Source: Fibrobacteria bacterium (GTDB taxonomy: Bacteria > Fibrobacterota > Fibrobacteria > UBA11236). From it: a stretch of 64,000 nt of DNA. This document shows positions 19,424 to 29,802 of this stretch, one piece after another. Below the pieces are notes generated by a model. That model was not told the DNA's origin and made no database searches. It saw only the letters and a list, made by a program, of their open reading frames with translations. The stretch lies in contig JBGTHM010000115.1 of NCBI GenBank assembly GCA_041746255.1, forward strand, positions 64,620 through 128,619, written 5' to 3'. The translations under genes and the position numbers were made by a program. Numbering within the stretch: position 1 is the first letter of the stretch; every line of letters starts with the position of its first letter.

Positions 19424-22105
19424 TCAGCCTCTTGCGGACGGCACCGCCGGTGCCGTCCGCATTTTCTCTTCCCCACCCGACCGCGCCAGATAATCCAAAT
19501 AGGCTCGGCCATGTTTGCCCTGAATCTCACTGATTTCGCGAAACGAATCGCTTTGTCCCGATAGCGAAGAGGGCGTAATCCACGCCAGCCCGGTGAATAT
19601 CGGAATATGCATGAGCGGAAATTGGCGTCCCAATCGCAACCAGAAATCCTGGTCACCAATGGCTTTATACCGCCCGTCGAAATAACCAATTATCGCGTGC
19701 GCTTCCCGTTTCCACATGGGATGCGGACCGACGCGGCAATTGTAGAGCAAATCGCGAAAGCTGTATTCCGGCCACAAAAAAACGCCTCCATAATTCCTGC
19801 TCGGCGTATGCGATCCGAATTTTTCATGGGGAATGTCGGTAAGGTGCGAGTCGCCGTATACCAATGCCACTTCCGGATGCTCTTCCAGAGCGTTGCGCAT
19901 GATGCGATAGGCGTCCGGGTTCAGTCGATCGTTGGTACTGAAAGGCGTTATGAACTTGCCGGAAGCCATTCGTGCGGCGATATTCCAGGCCGGATAGATT
20001 CCGATGCGCTCCGGAGTGCGCAGGTAACGGATATTGTCGTATTCCCGTTGGAATTCGCGGACGATTTTTTCTTCATCCTGAGGAGAATCCGCGTCGACGA
20101 TTATGATTTCCAAATCGTCGGAAAGCGTTTGGCCTTCCAAATCCTCCAGACACTCCCGCATGAATTCGGCGGAGTTATACGTGGATACGATGGCGGAAAC
20201 GGCATACTCGCGCCTGACGTAATTTTCATCGCTGCGCCGGCTTTGCGCGATAATGGAATCGGCCCATTTTTCTTCAACGGCGATATGGGCGCGCAAGACC
20301 GCGTCATGCACGGGATCCTGATCCAGAAAAGTGAAATAGAGCCCGCCGGCTTCCGCGAGCAAATTGCAAGCCTCCAGGGCGCGGCCCAATTCGAGCACCG
20401 CCCGGGCGTCGGTAGGATCGGATTTTACGGCGGACAGCAAATACGGTAACGCCTCGCGAACATCACCCCGCGCAAAAAGGTCTCGCCCGCGCTTGTGATT
20501 TTCCCCGGCATCGGCGTCGACAGACTCGGCACTGGGCGTTGTCTTCGTTTTAATCGACTCTGCCCGCATCGGCGCGGACGGCGCTTCGGCTTCCCCCAGG
20601 TTGGAAATTTCTTCGCGAAACCGGGGCCGATTCCTTTCCAAATGCCTACGCGCGCCGGCGGCCAATTCCTGCTGGCCAATGGCTTCCGCGACCGAAAGGA
20701 GGTGCCAATGCACACGCCAATGGGGAAATCCGTTTTTGATGGCCTCCATGAATTCTACGGCGGCTTCGGCCATGCTACCCATATGCTTCATCACCAGGCC
20801 CGCCCAGAACCGAAGGTAGGGGTCCGTGGGAAAGCGCTGCCGATAGGCTCCGATTCCGCTCAGGAATGCCAGGCGGCTGGCCGACGCGATTTCATTATCC
20901 GCTTCGCATGCTTCTTCCAGGGTAGCGGGGTCGCGGCTTTTCGCATAGCATGCTCCGGCATCTCCCAGGGTTTCCAAAAAGACCCGGGCGCCGGCGCCTG
21001 TCTCCGAAGGCGATACGAAGCCTTCTCGGCTTTTTTTCGGGCGCTTGAGCATGCTGCCATAGAGGGCATCCATTTTTCGGGCCGCGTTTTCGGCGCCGAA
21101 AATCTGTTCGGCATAGGTCCTGGCGTTGCTTCCCATTCGCACCCTTTCGGCCGGGTAGTGGAAAAGGTATTCGATGGCTTCGCGATACTCTTGCGGCGAA
21201 TGCACCACCATACCGGTGAATTCATTGACCACCAGGCTTTTCACGCCGCCATGGGGAAACACCACGGGAGGAATGCCCGCATACATGACTTCCTGAAGGT
21301 TCAGCTCCGCCGCGGCGTAGGTATCCACGCACAGGGGGTATCCGTACACATCCAGCACAGCCAGTACTTCCCGGATGTCTTCGACATACCCTTTGATCTC
21401 GAACCTGTTCGCAACGCCTAAGGCGGAAGCTTGCGCACGCAGCGAGTCCATGGCGCCGCCCGTACCGCACACGATGAAGCGGGACTCGGGAACACGCACG
21501 GCGGCCGACAAGGCCACATAGTCGGGATGCATTTTCAGGAAATCCACCGTTCCGATATATCCCACATTGAAACCGGAATGCGCGCGTTTTCCCAGCCCTT
21601 CCAGACGGGAAAAATCGGCCGCGTCGTAAACCATGGAAACGCGTTCCGATCGAGCGACGGGATCCATGGAATTGAAAACCTCCAATTCCCGGAAAGAATA
21701 GGGATTGCAAGGCACGTTGACGTCGGCGAGGGCCGCGAGGCGCGGGGTGATGATATGGGGAATACGATCTCCCGCGACATGGTAAAAAACCATCAACCGC
21801 ATGGGCGGAAGGGAGCCGCAGAACAAATCATACATTTCCGGCACGTTCCACCAATGCAACTGGACGATGTCCGCGGCTGCCATTTCGCGCAAGAGGGTTT
21901 CCCGATCGGGCGCCGACAGGATTCGCATCCCCGCAAGTCGCGCCAATTCAGCGGCCGCGGGTTCGACCGGCAGCAGGGACGCCACCGAATGACTATGCTT
22001 TTCACCGGATTGCGAATCGGACCCCGAATATTTCGCCATGGCGATCATCGATCGCGCCGCTCCGCCCAAAGTCAGGCCGTGGATGATGTGGAGTATGTCG
22101 GCCAT
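19424..22105 (-). CDS. Multidomain glycosyltransferase: GT4 (GT-B) + TPR + GT2
   Basis: N-terminal ILHII...GGAARS and LQEVMYAGIPPV; central TPRs; C-terminal SAIVSTYN...LEIIIVDADS. Confidence 0.88.
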   Translation of the reverse strand: MADILHIIHGLTLGGAARSMIAMAKYSGSDSQSGEKHSHSVASLLPVEPAAAELARLAGMRILSAPDRETLLREMAAADIVQLHWWNVPEMYDLFCGSLPPMRLMVFYHVAGDRIPHIITPRLAALADVNVPCNPYSFRELEVFNSMDPVARSERVSMVYDAADFSRLEGLGKRAHSGFNVGYIGTVDFLKMHPDYVALSAAVRVPESRFIVCGTGGAMDSLRAQASALGVANRFEIKGYVEDIREVLAVLDVYGYPLCVDTYAAAELNLQEVMYAGIPPVVFPHGGVKSLVVNEFTGMVVHSPQEYREAIEYLFHYPAERVRMGSNARTYAEQIFGAENAARKMDALYGSMLKRPKKSREGFVSPSETGAGARVFLETLGDAGACYAKSRDPATLEEACEADNEIASASRLAFLSGIGAYRQRFPTDPYLRFWAGLVMKHMGSMAEAAVEFMEAIKNGFPHWRVHWHLLSVAEAIGQQELAAGARRHLERNRPRFREEISNLGEAEAPSAPMRAESIKTKTTPSAESVDADAGENHKRGRDLFARGDVREALPYLLSAVKSDPTDARAVLELGRALEACNLLAEAGGLYFTFLDQDPVHDAVLRAHIAVEEKWADSIIAQSRRSDENYVRREYAVSAIVSTYNSAEFMRECLEDLEGQTLSDDLEIIIVDADSPQDEEKIVREFQREYDNIRYLRTPERIGIYPAWNIAARMASGKFITPFSTNDRLNPDAYRIMRNALEEHPEVALVYGDSHLTDIPHEKFGSHTPSRNYGGVFLWPEYSFRDLLYNCRVGPHPMWKREAHAIIGYFDGRYKAIGDQDFWLRLGRQFPLMHIPIFTGLAWITPSSLSGQSDSFREISEIQGKHGRAYLDYLARSGGEEKMRTAPAVPSARG

Positions 22106-22228
22106 TTGGAGTTTCCCTTTTCCGATGCGGAAACGGCCTCGCGAAGCGGCCTTTTTCCACGGGCTTGATGGTACGATTTTATCATTTCCCAGCCGCAGGG
22201 TAAAGGACGGGATGCTTAGGGAGAAGCG

Positions 22229-23524
22229 TTATCGTTTTCCCGTGCAATAAACCAATATGCGAGGACTATTCGGAGGCGGGTTGGGAAATTCTATGGTTTC
22301 GATTTTACGGAAGTGGGGCTCGAAAGCCTTTCGGAACGATTCCAGAGTATACCAAGCCGGAAGCGGATCGGGAAGCCTTCGGACGCCCCCCAATCCATTG
22401 GGCATGAATTCGGTCAACAATCCTTCGGTCGAATAGGAGGACAATACCTCGGCAATATGTGCGAAAGGAAATCGCTGACCCAGCGATAAATGATGCGAAA
22501 GCGCGAGGGCCAGCGCCATGTCTCCGCTGACGGGCGAATTTTTCTGTGGAGCCGAAAGGTCCCGTATCGCTCCGGTGATGGATAGGTTTTCCGGCACCTG
22601 CTTGAGCATGCCGTGCAAGCGCTCGATGGCCCCTTCATCGAAATCGGCGGCGAAAGTTTGCGCTCCCATCCGCGCCGCCAGCAGGGAAAAACGGCCTGCA
22701 TTGCACCCCAAATCCACGACGCGTTTGGGCTTGGCATTGGCGAGCACGGTTTTGATGGCGTGGTTGCGGCCATTGGACTCATCTAAGTCGGCAGTCGGGC
22801 CTTTGCCTCCGGAATGGTATTCCTTCCAAAAAGTGTCCAATTCCGGAAATTCAATATTCGTCACGAAAGCACGCGCCGTTCGCAGCCAAGCTTCGCGACT
22901 TGCGGAAACCGGTTTCAAATTGATCTTCTCGCCTACCAGCGCGGAAAATTCGACGTCGGAAAGCCCTCCCGCATGCGACAATATCCTGCAAATGCGACCC
23001 AGTGCCGGGCTTTTGGCATAGAGTAGGAGAGGATAGAGAAAATTGTTGGCGAATTCGGCTGGGAACGACTCATTGGGAGGCAGGTTACCTAGCGGGAGTA
23101 TGGATCCCAGATCTATCCAAACCGGCGCGCCTCGGCCTTGCTGTTGAATATTGGCGGAATGGTAATCGATGGTACCCATGCCATATTTCAAAAGTTCGAT
23201 GTTGAGATCCAGTACGCATAAAGCCGCGTCCTTGAGAAAAGTGCGGCTCCAATCCCCCGCTTTGGTGATAAAAGGAATCTTTCGATGGTGCAATACTGAA
23301 GCGAAACCCGGAACATGCAAATCCGTAGGACGCGTTTCCACCAGCAGGCCCGAGCGGACCAGATTTTCGATTATCCCTTTGCGAAACAATTCATCCATGA
23401 ACGCCGCGGAGGCAGGATAAATCGCGCGATAGAACTCCCCTTCATGCTCGAATACCCGCCCATGCGGGTCGAGGAACCGAACACCCATCCATTTGACCGA
23501 TTCGGGCGCCAGGGTTGTGGCCAT
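22229..23524 (-). CDS. NoeA-like protein: kinase-like N-terminus plus class I SAM methyltransferase
   Basis: DPHGRVF, HRKIPFI, LKDAAL and WIDLGS, then VVDLGCNAGRFS and LALALSHHL. Confidence 0.75.
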   Translation of the reverse strand: MATTLAPESVKWMGVRFLDPHGRVFEHEGEFYRAIYPASAAFMDELFRKGIIENLVRSGLLVETRPTDLHVPGFASVLHHRKIPFITKAGDWSRTFLKDAALCVLDLNIELLKYGMGTIDYHSANIQQQGRGAPVWIDLGSILPLGNLPPNESFPAEFANNFLYPLLLYAKSPALGRICRILSHAGGLSDVEFSALVGEKINLKPVSASREAWLRTARAFVTNIEFPELDTFWKEYHSGGKGPTADLDESNGRNHAIKTVLANAKPKRVVDLGCNAGRFSLLAARMGAQTFAADFDEGAIERLHGMLKQVPENLSITGAIRDLSAPQKNSPVSGDMALALALSHHLSLGQRFPFAHIAEVLSSYSTEGLLTEFMPNGLGGVRRLPDPLPAWYTLESFRKAFEPHFRKIETIEFPNPPPNSPRILVYCTGKR

Positions 23525-23710
23525 GTGGACATCCTTTATTCATCCGTGATCTTACCGACTTATGGGATAAGACCGATTGCCTGAACCGTAGTGTAACAGA
23601 AATGGACGGTAAAAATCCACCGATAGATAATACCCTGACAATCCTTGCCTCGACCCGGCCCGCTATGTTTTAATGGGAAAGCATGGCGTCATAACGCCTC
23701 GGGAGGGAAG

Positions 23711-24721
23711 ATGCGAATTAAACACGAACCCGGAAATACGACCGGGATTGAGGCGGCGAATAAGGACGGGCTTGAAGCCAGTGGGCCGCAAGAAATAGAT
23801 CGCTTGATGGCCGAATGCATTCAGGCTCTGGAAAGCGGAAAACATCAACTCGCTTTCGAAACCGTCCAGCGAGCGAAATCCCTGCGGCAATTACGGCAAG
23901 GCCTCGATTATCTTCGGGCGCTCTGTTTTATCAAACTCGGCCGTGCGGGCGATGCCCGCGAATCGCTGGAAGAGGAACTGCGGCATTTTCCCGGTAATCG
24001 GGAGGCTTCCACCCTGTTGGCCGATTTGCGCGCACGGTTTCCCAACCATTTCGTCGCTTCCGTGAAAGACGAGGAGTTTGCGGCTTTGCTTCCCCGCATC
24101 CGCAAATACACCATGGTTCCTGAAATCCGCCTTTACTCCCTGTTTGCGCTGGCCCGCCAGGCTTGCCGCCAGGGAATTCCCGGGAATTTCGTCGAATGCG
24201 GCGTCGCGGGCGGGGGTTCTTCGGCCATGCTCGCATGGATAATCAAGAACCATAGCGCAATTCCCCGCCGTCTGTTCGCCTTCGACTCCTTCGAAGGCAT
24301 GCCTGCGCCCACCGAACACGATACCCATGCCGGCATGCATGCCGATAGTAGCGGCTGGGGCACGGGAACTTGCGCAGCCCCGGAAAGCAGCCTGATGGAG
24401 ATTTCCGGAATTTTACAGGCTTCCGAATTGGTGCGTCCCGTAAAAGGGTTCTTCAAGGATACGTTGCCTCTCCATCGGGAGGAAATCGGTCCCATCGGAT
24501 TATTGCATTTGGACGGTGATTGGTATGAATCCACTCGGGACATACTCGACAACTTATACGACCAAGTCGTTCCGGGAGGTTTTCTGCAAGTCGATGACTA
24601 CGGACATTGGGAAGGCTGCAAACGCGCCATGCACGAATTCGAATCCCGACGCGGACTCAAATTCGATTTGAAATCCATTGACGGCGAAGGGGTCTGGTTT
24701 CAGAAACAACCCGTAGGCTAA
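23711..24721 (+). CDS. TylF/MycF/NovP-family O-methyltransferase with N-terminal TPR
   Basis: GNFVECGV, FDSFEGMP, KGFFKDTL, LHLDGDWYES and DDYGHWEG. GGGAGG RBS before 23711. Confidence 0.9.
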   Translation: MRIKHEPGNTTGIEAANKDGLEASGPQEIDRLMAECIQALESGKHQLAFETVQRAKSLRQLRQGLDYLRALCFIKLGRAGDARESLEEELRHFPGNREASTLLADLRARFPNHFVASVKDEEFAALLPRIRKYTMVPEIRLYSLFALARQACRQGIPGNFVECGVAGGGSSAMLAWIIKNHSAIPRRLFAFDSFEGMPAPTEHDTHAGMHADSSGWGTGTCAAPESSLMEISGILQASELVRPVKGFFKDTLPLHREEIGPIGLLHLDGDWYESTRDILDNLYDQVVPGGFLQVDDYGHWEGCKRAMHEFESRRGLKFDLKSIDGEGVWFQKQPVG

Positions 24722-24724
24722 TCG

Positions 24725-27058
24725 CTACGCATCTTTTCCCGCTGCATCAGACCGTCGGGTCATTTCCGCCAACATTTCCCTGGCCTTCTCATGTTCGGGC
24801 CAAGCGGTCAAAAGGTCCCGAAGCGTCTGCGCGGCTTCGCCTTCACGATTTAGGCGATTCAAAACCAAGGCCCGCGCGTAGGGGTATTCCGGACGCCCCA
24901 TCCCTCCCGATATTTTATTGTCGATGAGTCGCAGGGCTTCTTCGTTCCGGTCTGCTCCGATGCATTCCAAAATATCCATCAAAGCCAAACCGCTGTCGTC
25001 TTCATCCGCCGGATTCGTCGCCGACTTCTCCGCCGGGATCGAGGGCGGCCCGCTGGGCGAAAATGCGGCTTCGAGGTATAAACCCAACCATTGTTCCGAT
25101 GTCCCGGGTTCACCTTTATTGCGATAAGCCGCCGCCAATTCCTGATAAGGCTCAGGCGCCGAGGGATTGATTCGCATGGACTCCAGCGCTTTGGCGATTT
25201 GTGCCACCGGGGTATCCACCGGAGTAGCCGCCGTGGGCGGGCTGCTTTTATGGGAATCATCGGGGGCTGCTGGTATAGGACCGGTATCTATGCCCAGCAG
25301 CCTGAGTGTTCGCAGCACAGCCTCTTCGGGTGGAGCGATGATAGGTGTGAAACCGGAAGTGAGCGGTTCGGCTTCGGCCTTCAGCCGTCCGTCCTCGCCT
25401 TGCGTCACCGAAATTGCCTGGTAACCGCTGCGCCTAAGCAAATACCGCAAGCCCGTAACGGTAAATAATATTCGAATCTCTGCGTCCCGGACATAATCAC
25501 GGAGCCCTCCACCGCCGATGCAGGGAGCGTCCACGGCAATACGCGATTCCTTTTCCCGTGAATTCCGAAAACGAACCAAGGCCTCGTGAGGATGCAGGAT
25601 TCTTTCCAACCCGTTCAGGCGGGTCGGCTGGCCGTGAACCTCGTTCGAGACCGGTGAGTCCCATTCCGGCGGAGGATGTAAATCCTCCGCTCCCCGGAAT
25701 GCGCTGCCGCAGACGCGGCATATTTCAAATTTTTCCGTTACGGAATTTAAATCCGGCAGGGGTAATTCATGGCACGATGTTTCCATCGAATCGCAAGCCG
25801 GGCAAGCTTGTCCGCTAGAGACGGGGGGCTTTGTCTCCTCCACTCGCCCGAATACCGCCAAACCATCCCCGCTTTTACCCAAATAGAAGGTGTCGAAAGC
25901 TCTCCAGAGGATTTCCCGCAACACCGAAGCGGGCAGGGCGTCGCGCAAACCCAGATAGCGATCCACGTAGGCCTTTTGCTCGGCCGAGACTTTTTCGAGA
26001 GGTTGCAGGAAAGGTTTGACGTCCCAAGGATTACCGAACGGCCTTTGGGCAGCTTTCAGAATGACGCTCTCAAAAGCGGATGCGCGCGCCAGGTCTCCCT
26101 CCCATTTTAACAGGGCGAGAAAATCCCCGGGCGTCTTCACCTTGCGACCGATCAGTTTCCTTAAGCCCTGGATTTCCACCGGGAATAACCCCGCCTGCGC
26201 GAGGCTTTCCAGGGAGGTGGAGTCGAGCATGTAATATCCGATCAAATCCTTCCAGACGATTTCGCCTTTGGGATAGGACAGCTCGCCGCCCGAATTGATC
26301 ATGGAAACTTCCTGTTCCCCCCACAGGAAAAACGGCAGCCCCATTTCCACCGCATAAAAACTGGCTGTTCCGACTTCATTTGAAGTGACGTATTTATGCC
26401 GGGAGAGGATGCGATAGAATCTTTCCGTAAACCCGTCGTCGTACATATGGCCGGCGCAATAAACCGGGAAACCTTCCTCCAGAAAAATTGAGTGAAGTCC
26501 GTGGAGAATATCCTTCCAGTACAGGCATATGCTGACGGGTTGCCAGCGTTCGGGAATGGCTCGCAAGTCGCGGCAGTATTTTTTCCAGTCGATGCCGCTT
26601 ACGCGGATGTGATGGGTGCTATGGCTGGGAAAGGCCACCGTGCCTTGGGCGTCTTTTGCCTTTTGGAAACCGTGCAGGCGGCGGCAGTAGACGAACGGCG
26701 CACCCATTACGGCGCAAGGTTTAGCCACGAATTCGCGGGTCACTTGGGCGCTGACCGCATGGTGAAACAAAAGGATGGGCGCTTGTGAAGCCATGTCCAT
26801 CTGACTGGCCACCAGCGAGCGCGAGGGACCGTGGTCGATTTGCGCGCATAACGGCAGGGTGTCGGGATAGCCGACGAAACGTTTCAGCCATTTTCCCAAC
26901 CCGTATACCTGTTCGGACCAAATGGGGCCGTGGGTGGGATGAGGCCGATCCTTGGCCACCTCCTGTAATTCGGAAAGAGTCATACCCATGGCGGTATTTC
27001 CCTTCATGCCTGAGCTCGAGGCGGCCTTCCCCTCATCGCGATCAGTCGACATTTTCAA
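24725..27058 (-). CDS. Large hypothetical protein in the Pse cluster (possible GT-B-like N-terminus, CxxC pair, C-terminal TPR)
   Basis: Long ORF overlapping the pseI stop; CPAC/CRVC and TPR-like C-terminal helices. Function not recognised and start uncertain. Confidence 0.65.
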   Translation of the reverse strand: MKMSTDRDEGKAASSSGMKGNTAMGMTLSELQEVAKDRPHPTHGPIWSEQVYGLGKWLKRFVGYPDTLPLCAQIDHGPSRSLVASQMDMASQAPILLFHHAVSAQVTREFVAKPCAVMGAPFVYCRRLHGFQKAKDAQGTVAFPSHSTHHIRVSGIDWKKYCRDLRAIPERWQPVSICLYWKDILHGLHSIFLEEGFPVYCAGHMYDDGFTERFYRILSRHKYVTSNEVGTASFYAVEMGLPFFLWGEQEVSMINSGGELSYPKGEIVWKDLIGYYMLDSTSLESLAQAGLFPVEIQGLRKLIGRKVKTPGDFLALLKWEGDLARASAFESVILKAAQRPFGNPWDVKPFLQPLEKVSAEQKAYVDRYLGLRDALPASVLREILWRAFDTFYLGKSGDGLAVFGRVEETKPPVSSGQACPACDSMETSCHELPLPDLNSVTEKFEICRVCGSAFRGAEDLHPPPEWDSPVSNEVHGQPTRLNGLERILHPHEALVRFRNSREKESRIAVDAPCIGGGGLRDYVRDAEIRILFTVTGLRYLLRRSGYQAISVTQGEDGRLKAEAEPLTSGFTPIIAPPEEAVLRTLRLLGIDTGPIPAAPDDSHKSSPPTAATPVDTPVAQIAKALESMRINPSAPEPYQELAAAYRNKGEPGTSEQWLGLYLEAAFSPSGPPSIPAEKSATNPADEDDSGLALMDILECIGADRNEEALRLIDNKISGGMGRPEYPYARALVLNRLNREGEAAQTLRDLLTAWPEHEKAREMLAEMTRRSDAAGKDA

Positions 27059-28094
27059 TCAAGTCCCAGTCCATGGGTGTGCCTTTGGCTATATCCCTAC
27101 GAGCGCGACGATTCATCACCTCGTCAAAATGGCGGGTATGCATTCCGTTTCCGGGACGGATGGAACGCACATTCTCGGCGGTGAGAATCTCCCCGGCCCG
27201 GATATCCCTTACGGCGAAAAGCGAGCGGCGGAAAATCCGGCTTTCGGCTTCTTTCGGGCTGGAACCGTATCGGACTTTTCCCAAAGCCTTTTCCGTCATC
27301 CGTATAACATCCATCATTTCCTTGAACTCGGCGGGCTCCATCGAAAAGGAGCTGTCGGGTCCGGGTACGGCGCGCGAAAGCGTGAAGTGCTTCTCAACGA
27401 TGCAGGCGCCCAATGCCACCGCCGCGACGGCGACGCCGGATCCCAGAGTATGATCCGACAATCCAACCGGAACCCCGAAGGCTTCCGCCATATGGGGAAT
27501 GGTCCGCAAATGCATTTCTTCCGCCGAAGCGGGATAAGCGCTGGTGCATTTCAACAGCGCCAACGATTTGGCTCCAGCGTCACGCGCCGCTTTCACAGCC
27601 TCCTCGATTTCACCCAACGTGGCCATTCCCGTGGACATCAGCACGGGCTTGCCGGTGGCCGCCACTTTCCGTATCAAAGGGATATCCACCAATTCGAAGG
27701 AGGCCACTTTATAGGCGGGAACATCCATCGCTTGCAGAAAATCCACGGAAGTGGAGTCGAAGGGCGAGGAAAACAAATCCATGCCCAAATCATCGGCCAC
27801 CTGTTTCAATCGAGGCTGCCACTCCCAGGGCGTGCAAGCTTCGCCATAAAGGTCGTACAGCCGCTTACCCGACCAAATCGTACCTTTGATCCGGAAAATT
27901 TCGGAGTCGCAGTCCAGAGTGATGGTGTCGGGTGTATAGGTTTGCAACTTCACCGCATCCGCTCCCGCCAGCTTGGCGGCCTTGATCAATGCCAACGCTT
28001 CGTTTAAGTCCTGGTTATGGTTTCCGGAAATCTCGGCGATTACATAAACCGGATGACCGGCACCGATTTTCCTATCCTTGATTTTAAATTCCAT
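27042..28094 (-). CDS. pseI: Pseudaminic acid synthase (NeuB family with SAF domain)
   Basis: IAEISGNHN, KLQTYTPDTIT, KVASFE, KCTSAYP, GLSDHT, EKHFTL and FRRSL; located in a pse cluster. Confidence 0.93.
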   Translation of the reverse strand: MEFKIKDRKIGAGHPVYVIAEISGNHNQDLNEALALIKAAKLAGADAVKLQTYTPDTITLDCDSEIFRIKGTIWSGKRLYDLYGEACTPWEWQPRLKQVADDLGMDLFSSPFDSTSVDFLQAMDVPAYKVASFELVDIPLIRKVAATGKPVLMSTGMATLGEIEEAVKAARDAGAKSLALLKCTSAYPASAEEMHLRTIPHMAEAFGVPVGLSDHTLGSGVAVAAVALGACIVEKHFTLSRAVPGPDSSFSMEPAEFKEMMDVIRMTEKALGKVRYGSSPKEAESRIFRRSLFAVRDIRAGEILTAENVRSIRPGNGMHTRHFDEVMNRRARRDIAKGTPMDWDLIENVD

Positions 28095-28692
28095 TTTCCC
28101 GCCGTTTTTGTTCCTGTGAAAGGTTTCGGCCGATTATTTCGCTTATCGCCGTATCCCACCCATTTTCCTTAAGGAGGGATTCGTACTTTTTCTTGTCCTT
28201 ACCGCGGTGGATGGAGCCTCCCGGCTCCTGTTTTTTTCGTCCGGCCTTTCCTGCCATTAATCGGGGCCAAGTCCGCGTGAAGAGATCCAACATGGCGTCG
28301 TCCAACTTCCGGTAGGTGGTGGCCAGGGTTTCGCCGGTCGGGGAAAAGGTTAATTCCTGTTGGGCGATAATGTCCCCGGTATCCAATCCCTCATCCATAT
28401 AATGAATGGTGCATCCCTTCGGAGTATCGTCCAGGAAGCTCCACAAGTTGGGATCGGCGCCGCGATTCCAGGGCAGCAGCGAGATATGCAAATTAATGAT
28501 TTTTCCTTCCAGGTGGCGGATCACTTCCGCCGGAAGGATATGGCGATAACGGTAGCTGACCACGAAATCAATGGCAGCGGTTCTGAGGTATTGCACGTCG
28601 AAAGGATTCTCCGTCTCCTCGACTTGGCAGCCGGAGGCCAGCAGTATGGGCGTCACGGGCGAAGGCAGGCTTCCGATGAATAAAACCTTCAT
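28084..28692 (-). CDS. Sugar N-formyltransferase (formyl-THF dependent)
   Basis: INLHISLLPWNRGADP and TIHYMDEGLDTGDII. ATG 28692 overlaps the pseG stop. Confidence 0.88.
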   Translation of the reverse strand: MKVLFIGSLPSPVTPILLASGCQVEETENPFDVQYLRTAAIDFVVSYRYRHILPAEVIRHLEGKIINLHISLLPWNRGADPNLWSFLDDTPKGCTIHYMDEGLDTGDIIAQQELTFSPTGETLATTYRKLDDAMLDLFTRTWPRLMAGKAGRKKQEPGGSIHRGKDKKKYESLLKENGWDTAISEIIGRNLSQEQKRRENGI

Positions 28693-29780
28693 GTATTTGC
28701 CCCCGTTATGGCATCCACCAGTAAGGCGCATCCCCTACCGTCGATGAGTGCGCGTCCGTTGCGGCTGGATTGCAGACGGGCAGAGCGATTCAGCGCCAAT
28801 TCGGCTACCGATGCCAAAATTCTTTCCTGCATTAACCCGGCATGCCATCCCAAATTCCGGGCTATGCCGCGGTGCATCAGGCTGGCGGCGATTTCCTTCT
28901 GGTTGTCCGCCAGCGTCACCGTCAAAAAGGGAAGGCCCATGAACGCCATCTCCCAACAGGTGCTACCGGCGCCCGAAAGGGCCAGGTCCGCCCACTTCAT
29001 GGCTTCCGGCATTCCCCCGGCGCCGTCCCAAAACGTGAACCGGGACGGAAAGGAACGGATGGCCGATCGCAAATCATCCCCATGGGGATTCGCCGCGCCC
29101 AGCACCACCTTCACTTCCGGCTCAACTCCCAATGCGGACTGCAGGTCCTGCAACGCCTCCAGTACCTTGAGGGTTATGTTATCGGGATCGGATCCCCCCA
29201 TGGTGACCAATACCTTTTGCGCCGTCATGGGCAGGCTCCGCTCCCACGACGCTTGCCGGAGAAATTCCCGGCGCAACAAGGCGTAGCCGCAACCAAGCAG
29301 CCGGAGCGGATTACCTTCGCACACGTAGCCGAGTCCGGGCGCATGCAGGTTCGCGTTCAGTAAAATATCGGCGCAGTACTTATCCAAGTGCGCCGTATCG
29401 TCAATGACCACCGACCTGAAGCCGTGGCCCCGGATGGCGGCTTGATAATGGGAGTCAAAATGGTATCCGTCCAAGACCAGCCAGGTGTCCGCGCCGCCGC
29501 GACTTGCGCGGCTTTCCTCCAGGGCCGCCAAAGTGACTTTCACATCCTCGTTATTGGGATGAGGAGCCTTGATCTCCAGGCAGGTAAACCCTTCGCCCGC
29601 CAGTCTCTCACGAAGTTTTCCGCCCTCCCATGCGCCGATGAATACGACTTCCCTCCCCCGCATTTTCCATTCCTGCGCCACGGCCAGGCAACGCATGACA
29701 TGGCCCGTACCCATGCGCGTAGTGGAGTCGGCACGGATGAACAGGGTGTCGTTTAGGGGACTGATTAGGCTGTCCTGCAT
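28689..29780 (-). CDS. pseG: UDP-2,4-diacylamido-2,4,6-trideoxy-altropyranose hydrolase
   Basis: RAD-x4-MGTGHVMRCLA, LDGYHF, VIDD, TMGGSDP, GSTCWE and LADNQ. Confidence 0.92.
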   Translation of the reverse strand: MQDSLISPLNDTLFIRADSTTRMGTGHVMRCLAVAQEWKMRGREVVFIGAWEGGKLRERLAGEGFTCLEIKAPHPNNEDVKVTLAALEESRASRGGADTWLVLDGYHFDSHYQAAIRGHGFRSVVIDDTAHLDKYCADILLNANLHAPGLGYVCEGNPLRLLGCGYALLRREFLRQASWERSLPMTAQKVLVTMGGSDPDNITLKVLEALQDLQSALGVEPEVKVVLGAANPHGDDLRSAIRSFPSRFTFWDGAGGMPEAMKWADLALSGAGSTCWEMAFMGLPFLTVTLADNQKEIAASLMHRGIARNLGWHAGLMQERILASVAELALNRSARLQSSRNGRALIDGRGCALLVDAITGANT

Positions 29781-29802
29781 GGTTCTCAGCGCGTTTTACC
29801 GG

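Noticed and set aside
22125..22160. GC hairpin followed by Ts as a terminator
   Set aside because: The stem is imperfect and the T-run is on the strand opposite the flanking genes.
26952..28007. Long antisense ORFs (also 35682-36638, 20495-21421, 56671-57606)
   Set aside because: Shadow frames opposite well-supported genes, with no recognisable motifs.
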